This document shows, piece after piece, positions 13,945 to 27,650 of a stretch of 64,000 nt of DNA. How positions within the stretch are numbered: position 1 is the stretch's first letter; each line of letters begins with the position of its first letter. The translations under genes were made by a program, and so were the position numbers. This DNA is from Hamiltosporidium tvaerminnensis FI-OER-3-3 (lineage: Eukaryota; Fungi; Microsporidia): assembly GCA_022605425.2 (NCBI GenBank), contig JAKIMF020000004.1:1116001-1180000 (forward strand), in the 5' to 3' direction. The notes beneath the pieces are model-generated. The model was not told where the DNA came from. It worked only from the letters and a program-made list of their open reading frames with translations, and ran no database searches.

Positions 13945-14710
13945 ATTTAATAAATTTCTGGGTCAAAATAGGTTTACGATTTTTATGCATTTTCTTCTAC
14001 CGCGTTTACCCCTACTGTTGCTTCTTTCGAACCCGACTCTTAATTTATGTTTATCGTCGGCTTCTCAAACGTAGTTCTTCCTTCTGAAATTAGGATTGAA
14101 TTATTTTTCTTTTAAAATTTTATGCACCGTCTTCCTCAATCTTCGCTTGTTTTGGAGGGTGTGTTGGTTCCTTAGGCATCTCTGCTCTCATAATAACAGA
14201 CATTGACCCTCTCTCTGCACTCTCTTCGGCATTTAGTTCTGACTCCAGTCCTCTTCGTAGATCGAAGGAAATTGTTTCGACTGTCTTCTTAGGTACTATA
14301 GACTGAATGTATGCCTCTATATTCATAGGTATTTCTAATTTTTTAAGCTGTGAATTATGGTATTTTGTTAGAATACCGTCCCAAGTCATCACATAAGGGA
14401 TTATCTCAACCCCACACTTATAAATAAGACCCAACTCATTGGTAGCGGGTCATATTCATAAATTTTCAGTTTCAACTATTTGAAGTGAATCTTAGGAAGG
14501 GATTCTTGTTTCAATGAGTGTTATCTTATTCATCTTCTTATCTAAAATAAATCTATCGGACCTATAAACAAGAATTTTAACAGCATTATAATTATGGTGT
14601 CCGGTCTTATCTCTGCCTACTCATTATCAAGAATTGTTTGAACTGAGTGACTCCTAATTCGGTTTGAAGATTTAAACTTAAATCTATTTAGGAGAAGTAA
14701 GTGTAGGCAT
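13945..14710 (-). mobile_element. 5'-truncated, decayed copy of the R4/Dong-like RLE non-LTR retrotransposon
   Basis: ORF 14120-14434 (VEIIPYVMTWDGI...YIQSIV..KTVETISFD) matches 30196-30729. Both share the 3' end motif ACCCAGAA(A/T)TTTATTAAATAAA. Confidence 0.9.
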
Positions 14711-15111
14711 AAAAAAAACTTACTTGTAAAAATATATTTTTCCTTCATATTAATACATAAGTTAATATCAAATAAATTTTTAGTAACTGAAAGAATATAA
14801 CTAAATTATAATTTTAGAACTAACTAGTTCAAATATAAAGGTATTATAATTTTATTACTTGTATGTATTTTTGAGTAAATTTTCAAATCAATTTATTAAG
14901 TAACTTAGACTAAAATAACTAGATTATTTTTTAAATCTTTGATCATTTATATATTCCTTAAAATTTCTACAAAAGTTTTTTTTACTTTTATATTTCTTTA
15001 GATAATTTACAGTAACGAAAAATAAATTTAAAAAAATATTTTTTTCTCAGATGATAACTTAGAAGTCAATGAGATTTTTTTATTTAAATAATTTTATCAC
15101 ACAAAAATGAT

Positions 15112-15834
15112 TCATTTTAACATTTTTTCTATTTCATTAATTTTTTGAATAATAAAATCATCGAAAAGTCCAATATAAAAATTCTTTTTTTTGGTGATTT
15201 CTTCTTCTTTTGATAATTTTTTTCTTTTAACAATTTCATTTTTATATTTATTTTCTTGAAAAGATTTTAATACACGATCTGTATTATTTATATAATCCCA
15301 TCTAGCCTTAACAGAATTGTCCCATACAAATCTAAGACTCAAATTATTATTTGAATTTTTTTCATTAATTTTTTTAAATGCTTCTAATGCACTTCTGGAA
15401 TCATAAAATTCTACAAATTTTTGATTGTGACGATATTCTCGTACAGCTTTTATTTCTCCAAAAATACTGCACATTTTTGATACTTCTTCTTCGCTTAGTG
15501 TATTATTATCTTTATTGGTTATAAGAATTGTACTTTGGTTTTTTCCTTCATCGCATTTATCCGATTCTCTTGGTATTTCATATTTAGAAACTGTATAAAT
15601 TGGAACTGCCGGAAAAGGCAATGTAGAACATCTTTGAAAAAATAGTTCTGCATTTCTTAAATCATAAAATATTATAAATAAGATATTTTGATTTTCTTTT
15701 ATTGTATAAACTTCTTTTACCGGTAAATCTTTATAAAATGGTTTAATTTGTTCTGCATTTTCTAAATTTGTAATTAATACAGTTCTTGTAGATTTATCTT
15801 CGATTGCTGTTTCTTCTTGGTAAGGTCTTTTCAT
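15112..15834 (-). CDS. mei2: Mei2-like RNA-binding protein (two RRMs)
   Basis: RTVLITN...FIIFYDLRNAE (RRM1) and NQSTILI...FGEIKAVRE..HNQKFVEFYDSRSA (RRM2) match Mei2-family RRMs. Start moved to the ATG at 15834, which is directly preceded by CCC. Confidence 0.75.
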   Translation of the reverse strand: MKRPYQEETAIEDKSTRTVLITNLENAEQIKPFYKDLPVKEVYTIKENQNILFIIFYDLRNAELFFQRCSTLPFPAVPIYTVSKYEIPRESDKCDEGKNQSTILITNKDNNTLSEEEVSKMCSIFGEIKAVREYRHNQKFVEFYDSRSALEAFKKINEKNSNNNLSLRFVWDNSVKARWDYINNTDRVLKSFQENKYKNEIVKRKKLSKEEEITKKKNFYIGLFDDFIIQKINEIEKMLK

Positions 15835-16582
15835 GGGTGATACAAAGACTAGATTATATAAAATGAAAAGTTTACGAATTCTGTTAAACATTGATATTTT
15901 TAAAAATTCAAAATTGTGGATTTAAAATATATTTCCAAAATTATTTTATTATTAGATTTTAGAAAAAGTTTTTCTATATGTCGGTACTTATCTTTTAAAT
16001 TTTTTGAGCACAAAGTTATCTTTTTAGCCTTTCTAATTAATAAATAAAAGCTTTAATCATCAAAAACCATCGGTTAAAACAAAAAAGGGATTTACCATCG
16101 CTAATCTATACATAAAAATTTATTTTATCACTAGAATTACGAATAATCCCCATTTCATCGTTTAAATTAGTGGTTTCTTAAAACCACGATAAAATATTGC
16201 AAATTTTTAAAAAAATCTAATATATTCATTTGATGAAAACATAATTGATATTTTAGGTTGTAAAAAATGGTTGTTTCTTTATAAATACAACTTTTTTAAG
16301 AAAAAACTTTTAATATTTACATTCCGGTTCCAGATAATTAAATACGTTTCTTTCCATATTAAAATTATAAATATATCTGTTCAGATTGTTCAATTTTATG
16401 TCTTATGCGTCGTGTGAAGAACATAAGAAGCAGAATACATAGAATTCATAATTAAGCTTAAATCGGAGGTCATATTTGATCTCTTGGTAACAAAAAACTT
16501 CAAATGCAAAATTTTACTGATATAATTAAAAGTCTTAAAATTTATCCTAACATAAACCAATACTTTTCTTGTGATTCAATTC

Positions 16583-17240
16583 TTTATTTAATAAATAAAA
16601 CATTTTTTTATTACCAGTAACATATGTTTTAGTATTTTCAAGAATTAACGCAGTTCTAGGTTTTACACAGATAATTTCTCGCCGAACAAACTCTATCTAA
16701 CTCTCCAAGGTTGACTCTATCCCAAGGATTTGATATGAAAGTCGTCTGGAACTTATTTAATTTGCCGAGCAGTTTTCCAGAGTCTTTAGCCCTGTTACCC
16801 GGAGTATTAAGGCTGGTCGAAACCCACTTTAAGCACCCTCAAGATCAGCAGAATTCCCATTTATTCTAGGGTTTCTGAATGTAATAGATTTCCATATAAG
16901 ACATATCTCGGTGCTACATGAATTCCATCTAGACACAGGTGACTATACCAACAGGCATAGCCAGTTATTTATAACTCCTGGTTTCTTCAAACAGTATGTT
17001 TTTTTGTACCTATAAAACACTGAATTTTCTAATCGAATTAAGAAGTCTAGGCTTGGAGGTTTTAATATGACAATGCTTGCTATAAAGTTATGGCTTTTGA
17101 TATATTTCCATGAATAACTACAAACTTTTTCATGAAAATTTTTTACTGTATTACATACCGTCTTCTCTTTATACAAATTATCATTTAGCGATCAAAATAA
17201 ATGGTTTTTTGTTTATTGTAACTCTAAACAAAGCTATTTG
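16583..17240 (-). mobile_element. Old diverged copy of the 730-nt element
   Basis: TTAACGCAGTTCTAGGTTT is the reverse complement of the element's 3' segment; CCAACAGGCATAGCCAG and CCATCTAGACA are also colinear. Confidence 0.7.
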
Positions 17241-17320
17241 ACTAATTTTATTTACTCGTTGTCAAACAGATTTTTTTTAATTTAGTTATCGTCCTTCAAT
17301 ATTTAAATAAAGAAACAAAA

Positions 17321-17747
17321 TTATTTAATATTCTTGCTGTAATCTAAATAGAACATTCCCGAAAAAATGATTAGATCTAAAATTAAAATAGCGCACACTG
17401 ACACGATATAAAAGGTATGTTCGTCAGAATTCAACAAACTTTTTCTATTTCTAGAATCGAAAATAGAATAAAGCAAATAGAATATTTTTATAAATATTTA
17501 AAAGACAAATAAATGTTCTATATGTAGTGCCTTAATCTGTAGCAAAACCATAAATTCAATGACATTAGCACAAAACAAAACTATCATTAAGATTTCAGAC
17601 AGATTGATCCTATCAGAGTCTTTTTTTTGGTGATTAGTTTTATTTTTACTCTCTAGTGTTAGTGGTTCGGTTCGTTTGAGGAAGTTGCTTGGCAGAGATT
17701 CCGTTTTTGAAAAAGGTATAACCACCTAGTATTAGATTCGAATTCAT
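17321..17747 (-). pseudogene. Frameshifted member of small 3-TM family B
   Basis: Starts MNSNLIL in the same upstream context (+ strand TTCATTATAT) as 39245 and 46830. Later IFIKIFYLLYSIFDSRN matches IFIKIFYLIYSFFELKN of 46417-46830. Confidence 0.7.
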
Positions 17748-18289
17748 TATATAGAGACCATGAATTTCTTTACACAAAAAAATAAATTATTTTTTTCGAA
17801 ATATTTGCTGTATTCGGAAACCAATATTACCAATAAAGAATAAGTTGTAAATTATCACATAAAATTTTTTGAAACTTAATATAGCTATTTAGAGAATATT
17901 AATTTTTTTAATACAAAATTTATCGCTTTGATTTTGATTTTTCTTCCATCCCTTTAAATGTTTATAAAATGATTTCTTCTAACTATAAAATAATTTTATG
18001 GATTAACTCACTACATCATTCTTTTATATCTAGTTGGGCAATTCGACCATTTGGCAAATGTTACGCAAAATTTGTTTCGCACCAATATGTGTATTTGATT
18101 GGGCGTATATTGTCATGCATTTCTCCTTTATTTTTAAATTTATTTGAGGTATTTTCTATTCGTTATACAACAATATTGTTTCATTTATTTTTATACATAA
18201 ATAAAAAATTTTAATATTATTTTGAAACCAATAACCGATTGTATGGCACAATAGGTATAAATCGGAAAATTTAACTTTCATTTATTTCT

Positions 18290-18900
18290 TTCCATTAAAA
18301 ATCATACACTTTAAAACAGCGGAACGCATTATCTTGTTTTGATGACATTAACCCAATGCTAGGTTAAACATAGAAACTTATCTCCTCACATCCAACACTC
18401 ATATCTATACCCCTACAATACCTACATCCCGAGCTTTTCCTCTAAAAAGTATATAGAAGCAATTCAATAGATGGTTCTTTGTTAAAATCTATGACAAAAA
18501 GTGCGATAGCAGATCAAACCCGCATTTGACTACCACCCCCAAGCCTGCACCATTGCCAGTAACTCTAAACTTACCGAACTAAGTAGACTTCAAAGTAATA
18601 TATTTCTGGACAACTTAAATAGAATCCACCTAGAATTTCAATGCTATATCAAGAGTTATCAACTGATAAGAAGCTTTCCGGTTTTAGAAAATGTATTTTT
18701 TTCTGTATTTTCTAGAGGCCATATCTTCTAACTCAAGCGAAAAAGGCTTGTTTTTCATTATTTTGCATAAAAATTACTCGAAGTGGTGCCGTGCTTTCGA
18801 TCCAGTTGCATTTGAAAGTACAAACTTATTTGTAGAAAAAAGTGTCTTCATTTTATAAATCATCTGAATTATATTTATTCCTATGAAAAAACGAAATTTA
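18290..18900 (-). mobile_element. Old diverged copy of the 730-nt element
   Basis: TGACATTAACCCAATGCTAGGTTAAACATA, ATACCTACATCCC and TTTGTAGAAAAAAGT are reverse complements of element segments, in colinear order. Confidence 0.7.
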
Positions 18901-19317
18901 ACTAATGATTATCATACATACTACTCAATTTTTGCCAAGCAGATAGTTTTAAATATGGTTCTTTCTTTAACAATTTGATTTCGAAATAATTAAAAACTTT
19001 TGATAAAATACGCAGCAAAAACAAAACCAATTTTCGATACTATGACTTTATAGGGTAATAGAAATAGTTATTTTCCATCCAATTTAGTTAGTTGGTACGT
19101 TGCAATATATGTAAACAGTATAAGGAGGGTATTGTAATCTTAGAATAGAGATATACCTCAGCCATAACAATTTAGGTATGGCATAAGAAAAAATTCTGAT
19201 TTGTAAACCTCCTTATATAATGGAGAAAATTATGAATTACTTGAGTAAACATCATCGAATGACTATTTTAATAAGTATTTCTAAAATTTAAAAATTTAAG
19301 TATTTACCATTAAAAGA

Positions 19318-20049
19318 AGTTGAGTGAGGTTAACTACATAAAAAACATTTTGCATGGTAATGAATGTGTAAAACTGATTTGAGGATCATTTTTTTTTTGC
19401 TTTTTAGTGGGAATAAACCCACAATACATCTTCCGTTGTTACATTAGAGTTTTCCAAGGAGGAGAGGTCTATGAAATGGTGAAATTTTTTCTATAAATTC
19501 ATTTTGTAGTTTTTTATGGAACCAAATTGCAGACCGCGACTGAACATTTAGGTAATTGCCATGTACAAACATGAAATCTGGACTTGCCCACTCGGGCTAG
19601 TAGACTTGACGTCTCGGGGATATAAAAATACAAACCATAAAAAGCCAGGAAAGCTAAGTAGCAGTTTATACCAGTGTATGGCCTTGCACTGTCTAGGTAG
19701 CCCCCCATATAAGTCTCTGAAATATATATTAGCAAGAAGTTTATTGTTTCAAGAAATGTAGAATGAGTTGGAATGCTACATAGTCTTGGGATAGCCCAAG
19801 GGGGGCTTCGGCCTTCGATCACACTCCATGCAACGGACATTAAAAAACTCTGGGCAACTTCCTCGCCTAGTAATTAGGTTTTCAACATCTGGTATATGAA
19901 AGGCTTTGGGATGTAGGTATCACAAGGGGTACCGATGGAGTGTTGGGGTAATAGTTATTTATGTTAAACCTAGAACTGCGTATATTTCATGAAAAAAAAA
20001 TGTAACACTTGCCACTGTTTTAGGAAGATTTGATACTTTTAAGTAAAGT
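19318..20049 (+). mobile_element. ~730-nt non-coding retroposon, copy 2 (intermediate age)
   Basis: Full-length and colinear with 7465-8192; includes GGGGGCTTCGGCCTTCGATCACACTCCATGCAACGGAC and ends GATACTTTTAAGTAAAGT. Confidence 0.9.
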
Positions 20050-21533
20050 AAACTATTTTTTACTTTTTATTTTTATCATATTATTTTGATTTTATTATCA
20101 TTTTACTGCTATTTGAATGGATTAGGAATAAAAGAATCACTATATTTCTTATTATTATTCCAAATTTCTTAATAATTGTAATTTTCTCAAAAAAGGGTGA
20201 GTATGAAATTATAAACATAGAATACATTCAATCACCATGATATTCATTACCATATCTCCATATTCTTACCCGAACCAATAATTTTTTAAATATTATGCTC
20301 AGTTATAATATCTGCATTTTTACATTTTTTTCGAAGAGAAGAGAGATGCGGTATATGTGTAAATGACCTTAATACATTCCCATTTTGATTTTTCGATCCA
20401 CTTTTCTATAAACGAGATAATTTCCCTATATTAGGTTGTAGATAAATAGTGAGTCATGGATACCACAATATATACTCATGTATATTTAATGTCATTATGA
20501 GACAAATTGCAAAATTAAATCCAAATATTCAAGGCTCGCCTATAATTTAACCATGATATATTTTATTCGTTGATCCCAAGTTGAAAAAAAACATCATATA
20601 TTATCTTGACGTTTTTCTTTTAGGAATTTACCAAGTATTCGATATAAAACGGGAATACAATCGAAAATAGATATTTGAATTATATACAGAGACTTAATTA
20701 AATTATATCATTAACTTTGATTCAAAAATGATTAATTCCATTTAGGTAAATATATTAAACATGGAAAAATCGTTACCGCAAATAAAGCCTATAATAGCAG
20801 CATAGTAATATTGCATATTGGCATGATAAAGATAATAAATTATAAAAAACCGAGATTTTTAGTCTGTTTCATAAACAACAATAAAAATTCATTATAACGA
20901 TCTTAATAAAAAAATTAACCCGTTTATATTTACTCATTTGTTGTATAAAATGCATTTCAGTGTTTCAATAGGAAAAAAAACTTTATTCTTAGGCCTAGGT
21001 TTGGGTATAATTTTAAAATAATTTATAGTCTTAACTACAAGTTTTTTCAGTATTTAGGTACCCTCTTTACATAAAAAAGTACAGCAAATCCTGAATTTTT
21101 TACAAAAATTCTACAATTAAAATTTTTTTTTTGCCAAAAAAGGAAAAAATAAATGATAAAAAATTAAATTGAAGAGAGTCGGAATATAAGGTCTTTCATT
21201 GTTATGGAAAAAGATTAGTCGCATAAACAACTAACACCTTCTTTGAAGTAAATGAATAAACAGGAAGATGGTGTTAAAACAGAAAACAAAACATTTTATC
21301 CCTTGTTTCGTATGGCGCAACCACAGCAGAAGAATCGACAATAAACATGAATAAAGATTCGAATTTAAGAGCGAATAATGAAGTGGTTAAAATACCGAAA
21401 AATTCTAGAAAAGAGCTAAGTTTTTTAGTCCAGAATTTGTTAAACCAAAATTTAAAAATTTAATTAAAGATAAAATAGTCTTGATACATATATTTTTATC
21501 CAAATAAAAATTAAATCCTTTATTTAATAATTT

Positions 21534-23888
21534 ATGAATATTTGGACAGCTTTGTGGTTAAAGGCATATTATAAACCTGATAGATTCTATGTGTTTAGAT
21601 TTATTCTGTCTATGTTTATAAGATTGAATTTTGTTATCTCCTATAGATTTACTTATATATTTGAAAGAAGAAGAAATTTAGAAATTATATTTTATGAAGA
21701 GATACAGAATTCACAAGTGTACATAGAAAAATCAGAAGATTGTTTCGATATGAAAATTTATTATGCTGTAGACTCTATAAGTTTAAGCAAAACAAATCAG
21801 GTTTTTACATATAGAAAAGAAAATTTTATTGGTTTTGAAATTTTAAACGATTTTTTAAATGCAAATACATTTCAAAATGTGCATGGAAAAGTTGAATGCA
21901 ATTTTGATTTAGCCTACATTTTTAAAATTACTAAAGATATCTCGGAATTACCCGATAGAATGAACACTCATCGATTTGATTGCCTATTTTCAATATGTAG
22001 AAATCTTAAAGTAATCAAAAATAGAAATATTTTTAAACTTCTTGAAGTAATAATCATTAAAACATATTTTTGTCAAGTTAAGAAGTATATAGTTTACAAA
22101 TATAGAAAACTAGAGAAAATAATTAAATCTATTTCATTTGAAAAAATTGATTTTTACATGAAGAAAAATCTCATCTCTTCCTTTCTGAACATTTTAATGA
22201 TCAGACATACTTTTTACGAAGATAATTTAATATTATTACAAAACACAAAACTTTTTGAAATTTCTTCATTTTATGACCACATTCCATATAAAAATTTATT
22301 GATAAATGATTATATGATATTCGGTTATTTTGAAAAAATGCTCAAAAACCAATGTCTTTTTAATATTTTAGAAATTTTACTGAGTGAAATTAACATTAAA
22401 TCCCTATTACTTGATAATATTAAGGAATTTGAGACTAGAGATAACTATCACAGTTATTCCATCTTTTCAATGAAGATTTTTAGATCAATTGTTATTTCTA
22501 ATTTTTCTGGATCGCCTCATGTGGTTTTGTATGAACTAAGTAAAGCTATTCACGTAAATTTAGAAATATTTGGTTTGGAAAATATAATTATGAACGCAAA
22601 ATACTTTAATTTGATTTTAAAAAACCATAAGTTAAAAGTTTTGATATTAGATAACATTTCAATGAATGGTGGCGGTATATACTATCTTAATGATTATATT
22701 AAGTTAAATAATACATTAGAATTTATTGATTTTCGAAATCCTCAAAATAATTTTACTTGGTGGATTAGTTTTGTTAAGTCATCAAATATTAAGAAAATTT
22801 TAATTACTTTTAATTCGTTACAAATTGAAGAAAATTTTATAAAAGAATTTTGTGGATTGAATTCCGAAGTTCATATATTGTTGTTGCAAATAAATTTTTG
22901 CTTTTTTGCTATGTCTAAAGGATTTTGTAAATCTTTAAGGTATTTCAAATCACTTCAGACCTTGAAACTTTATAATTATGAATCAAATAAAGATATTGAG
23001 CCGTATTTATTAAAAGCCTTAAATAATATGAAAGATTTAACGGTTTTGGAAATAGAATATAGTGAATTTGGAAAGAAATTTTACAATTTTTTAAGTGCGA
23101 ATCAAAAAATCGGTGGTTTGAAGATTAATAATAACTTTTCCAAACATGAAATTTTAAATCTTAAACCATTTATTAATTACAAAACCTTAAATCTACTATT
23201 TTTGAAAAGTATAAGGATTAGTGAATCTGGTTTAATAGAAATTTTCAAATTAGAAAACCTGAAGATTTTGTCTTTAAAGGCATGTACGTTAACGGCAATC
23301 GGAAATCCAAAATCTCTAAATTTTATGTCAAAAAAACTTTCTTCGCTATGTTTACAAGGTACTGATCTAAATTTGCTGAAATATGTCGATATGCTAACTC
23401 ACCTCAGATACCTAAAAAATCTAAAATTAATCGCAAAAGAATTAGAGATGTATCGTCTCGCAAAATTGAACAGCTTGTGCAATGTAACTTTTAATAAACT
23501 TTTTTATAACTGGGGTATCTTAGATTCAAATGATTTAAATAGAATAAAATCGTTTGAAGTTCTGGAGGTGTTAGATCTCTGTGGATGTAAATTTATTGAA
23601 GGAAGCTTGTGTGATTTGGGAAAAGATTGTAAGTTCTTTAATTCTTTGCAAAAATTGAATTTATATTTCGTAAAGCTTACATTGGATGATTTTATATATT
23701 TAAGGAATTTTAAAAATTTAAAAAACTTAAAATTGATGTTCTATGATCTTCGATTACTTCAAATAAACATAAATCTTTTTTGTTTAAAAACGTGTCATTT
23801 TTCGCTTAAAAAAATATATGATAAAAACAATGGTATGAGCATATTGAATTATTTAAAAGAAGAAAGTATTGATGGAATTTATGACTAA
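21534..23888 (+). CDS. Leucine-rich-repeat protein, probably from a lineage-expanded family
   Basis: 784-aa intact ORF with many C-terminal LxxLxL units (SLQTLKL, NLKILSLKAC, VLEVLDLCGC, SLQKLNL, NLKNLKL). Confidence 0.8.
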   Translation: MNIWTALWLKAYYKPDRFYVFRFILSMFIRLNFVISYRFTYIFERRRNLEIIFYEEIQNSQVYIEKSEDCFDMKIYYAVDSISLSKTNQVFTYRKENFIGFEILNDFLNANTFQNVHGKVECNFDLAYIFKITKDISELPDRMNTHRFDCLFSICRNLKVIKNRNIFKLLEVIIIKTYFCQVKKYIVYKYRKLEKIIKSISFEKIDFYMKKNLISSFLNILMIRHTFYEDNLILLQNTKLFEISSFYDHIPYKNLLINDYMIFGYFEKMLKNQCLFNILEILLSEINIKSLLLDNIKEFETRDNYHSYSIFSMKIFRSIVISNFSGSPHVVLYELSKAIHVNLEIFGLENIIMNAKYFNLILKNHKLKVLILDNISMNGGGIYYLNDYIKLNNTLEFIDFRNPQNNFTWWISFVKSSNIKKILITFNSLQIEENFIKEFCGLNSEVHILLLQINFCFFAMSKGFCKSLRYFKSLQTLKLYNYESNKDIEPYLLKALNNMKDLTVLEIEYSEFGKKFYNFLSANQKIGGLKINNNFSKHEILNLKPFINYKTLNLLFLKSIRISESGLIEIFKLENLKILSLKACTLTAIGNPKSLNFMSKKLSSLCLQGTDLNLLKYVDMLTHLRYLKNLKLIAKELEMYRLAKLNSLCNVTFNKLFYNWGILDSNDLNRIKSFEVLEVLDLCGCKFIEGSLCDLGKDCKFFNSLQKLNLYFVKLTLDDFIYLRNFKNLKNLKLMFYDLRLLQININLFCLKTCHFSLKKIYDKNNGMSILNYLKEESIDGIYD

Positions 23889-25494
23889 CTATTAAATTTG
23901 AAATTCATTTATTTAACATATTCTGTTTTTTAAATTATAAATACATTATCTTTTTAATATTTCTTACCTATACATTTTTTATTAAAAATTTAAAAATTTA
24001 ACATTTACAAAATAAAATGTGCAAAGAATGTTGATTTAACTATTTTTTTGAAACATAAAGTTTATCAGTAGGGTATAATATTTAAAAAATCCAAATTTCA
24101 CTTTAATAAATATCAGCCTCAATTTCTATCAGAAATTATCAATATAGTCTAATATAACCGATGAACTTTGATCAGGGTTTTCTGCTCATAATTTCAATTT
24201 TGCAACGATCTCGTATTTTAATTTCGAGTTTAAGCCAATTTACGCCCTAAACATTTAATTAATATCTACACATTTCGTGATTTTATTAAGTTTTACTTTG
24301 AAGATTATAGGTTTTTCTCGCTTTTTTATACGCAAAAAAATGTAGTAGTGTATCAAAAACCTCTTGGATGTACCATAAAGGATTAAGAAAAAGTATTCTT
24401 TAGAATGAAAGACTTTTTATTACTTAATGCGAGGCGAAATAAATCCAAAGGAAATTACGAACTGATTACCACATAGTTATTTTGATGTTTTACTTTGAAC
24501 TAGAAAAATACACTTTGTTTGAGAAAAAAAGTTAATACATTAATTCATATAAAATAAACAACATAAATATACCTTCAAAATTGAAATACTGGTGTAACTT
24601 TTCCCATATATACGTAATATACTATGTAAATAATATTTAAAAGTGAATGTTTGACTTACATATCTGATACAATTACGATGCTTTGTACACTATGACCATA
24701 AAATATATTAAAATAAAGAAAAAATAATAATTTACCATGATGAAAATGAGCAGCAGCACCCCTGTAAATACTTAGATTGTGCACTAAAATCAGAAAGAAA
24801 TACGAATAAATTATATTATAAATCATAGAAAAAAGAGTTTTCCAACCAGAATTCTAAAATATCATAATAAAAAATATTTTCTTTTGCAAAAATGACGATT
24901 TAAATAATAGATATTCCAAAAATGAGCCGTGGATCTTTCAATTTAAAGTTGTTAAAGCGAATTATTCTGTTGATACGAACACATTTTATGATTTAACTAA
25001 ATAAATTCTGCGCGTGATACAGTCAATTATCTAATTCGATACAAGAATTCGATATAAAAAATGATAAAATTTTTTATATTAATAGAATTTAGATAATTTA
25101 GTAAGTCATTTTTTAGATAATTACTTTACTATCAGAGCTCTTTTTCAATATGAAATCCTTGAATTGATTGTATTTATAATTTCTTCATACAAAAACTTAT
25201 TTCTTTTCACAAAAAACTTTATATTACTTTGCAACTACCAGCTTGAAAAGAATAGACTATACCAATTGTTATACATACTCTTAATTTTTAACCCGGAAAT
25301 CATTTTACAACTAAATTTCGAATCACTTTCTAAAATAGTAAATACGGGTGTAATGATTCTAGATCAAGTATCGGTTTTAGATTCTTATCTTTCTTAAAAG
25401 AATTGAGTACTGAGCCGACACCTCGAATTAAAGAATGCATCAACGTCTAAAAAATACCTATAAAATAATAAAAGCAACACACTTATTATATACT

Positions 25495-25710
25495 TAATAG
25501 CTCACTCCTTCCCTACGATTAGAACACAATCCCATGATGAATCATAGCTTCGCCAAGTTCTAGGCGTTTCAAAGACAATTTTCTCTGATTGGTTAGGTTT
25601 TCAGCCTCACGCAAACTTTCCGAACGAAAGATAAAGAGTGCGCCAACTGGGGAATGAACAGGGCCCTTCGAAATCAGATTCAGATATCCTCACCACTAGA
25701 CCATTGGGGA
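25495..25710 (-). mobile_element. tRNA-headed SINE-like element or tRNA pseudogene with a GC-rich tail
   Basis: 25710->25639 is a 72-nt tRNA-like sequence: TCCCCAA-TGGTCTAGTGG (A box)...CTG in the anticodon loop...GTTCATTCCCC (decayed B box)...TTGGCGCA. The acceptor stem is broken. About 145 nt of relatively GC-rich sequence follows. Confidence 0.6.
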
Positions 25711-27419
25711 CAAAACTACCACACTGAACCTGAAAAACACTTAGTAGATATTCTAAGCTTCTAGTAGAAAAATTATTAAAACTGAAATATATGCTATCTC
25801 GAGCTTGCAATCATTATAATAGTGGTTAAAGTTGCAAAACCAAAGAAAAGTAGCAATAAAATTCATGCTACCAAAACGAGATTTTTTCATATAAATTATT
25901 GGTTCTGTAAAAGTCAAAGTATAATAAACATGCCTGAATGAGATTACGTAATATTTTGTTTATGAATGGCACAACGAATCAAAAAGTGTTATTAAAAAAA
26001 TGATATGTTTTTTTTTACGAAATTTGAATAATCGGATTATGAAACCTTGGGATCTTTTCTCAATGTTAAAAAATAGAATAATGTTCATTCCTGAGTTTAA
26101 TTAATAGTCTAAATATAATACCGATGAGAAAATAAATTTGTTTTTATTGCCAAAAACGTGTTTCTTATAAATTCATTATATTTGCGAAACTTTCGTTTGA
26201 AGGTCTATGAAAGCTTCAAAAGCACGAGAAGACTTCTGAACCAAACCATAATGCTGAAAAAATCAATTTATTAGTGAGTAAAAAGTTAATTTAGAATGTA
26301 ACAAGAATTTTATCAGTGAAAATAAGATAAAATAATATGATTACACGATGTTTATAATAATAACATGAATCGAAAGAAAACATTTAATATCTGAAAGGTA
26401 TAACCATTTAAGAGTCTCAAAGACCGTTCGATATTTTTAAAGCATAAAACCCACAAAATAAATTGTTTATAAATAAGGTTAAAATTCATGTTTAGATGAT
26501 TAAAGAATCTCTCTCTACAATTTTGTGGACTGAAACATCTTTAATTTTGGCAAAGCAATCAAATTAGTGTTATATAACCGTGTAGAAGAAATACCCAGCC
26601 ATAATTTATTATATAAGTATTAATTCTGCATATGCTAGCCTTTACGTAAAATAATTAAGTAGCAGATTTATTATAAGATATAATATTAATTGACTGTTAT
26701 AAAATCATAGTTAGATTAGAAAATATATTCGCATAAATATGTATTTGCTTTTAAAAACTTTATGGCTAAAATATAAAAATACACTAATGATTCAACAATC
26801 GTTGCAAATAAAAGATTCTGTTTGGTTAGATACATCCAGTCGAGGGCCAATATGAAAAAATAAAGGCAAGAAAACGATGAAAAAAACTTCGGATTAATAA
26901 ATCTTGCTTCCATAAGTACAAAAAATTCACTAAGAATCCAAAGTTCTAAAACGAATAATAATAAAGAGGTTTACCCTATGAATTCAAAAGAATTAAAGCT
27001 TTCGAAAAACGATTTTTTTTGGTTTAATTTGCATGAAACAATAATTTTGGAACATAACATGGATGTTGTCAAATATGATATTCGAATGCTGTAACATACT
27101 TACACTCTGTGAAAAAGACATTGGTATGAATTTATGAGCTAAAATTAAAATTTTGCGAATTATATCTTTTTATTTTGACCAATCAAAATATTATTTTTCT
27201 AAAGGCGAGTTTTATTATTTCACAATCTCTTTAACAGAACTGACTGAAATCAGATTCAAAGCATATAAACCAAGATGATTTTAGAATTTAAATGATTCAA
27301 ACACAATAATGCTCATATTTTAGACGTTCACTATAATTCGTTCTAAAATTTAGAAAAAAACATATATTATTTATTTTTCTTATATTATTAAATTCCTAGG
27401 TATAGATTTATTCTCGGCA

Positions 27420-27650
27420 ATACAGCTCCACATGAGCCGTAGTCTCTTCCAGCAATGCCACCCACCGGTCTCTTTCCAGTGGGTTCTTTTACTTTTTTGG
27501 GTGTCGTAAAAAGGTGGTTTTAAAGGGTGGATTGTTAACTAAACTTCCAACTTGGAGGAAGAATCCTTTTTAATCGCCTCGTACGACAAGTAGAGAATAA
27601 CCCAAGTCAAATCTGCTCCCGCCATGGTTGGGAATAGATATAAATACCGA
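27420..27650 (-). mobile_element. Possible 3' fragment of an RTE-type LINE
   Basis: GC-rich island; the minus strand encodes RDRWVALLEETTAHVEL, which resembles RTE ORF C-termini. Confidence 0.35.
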
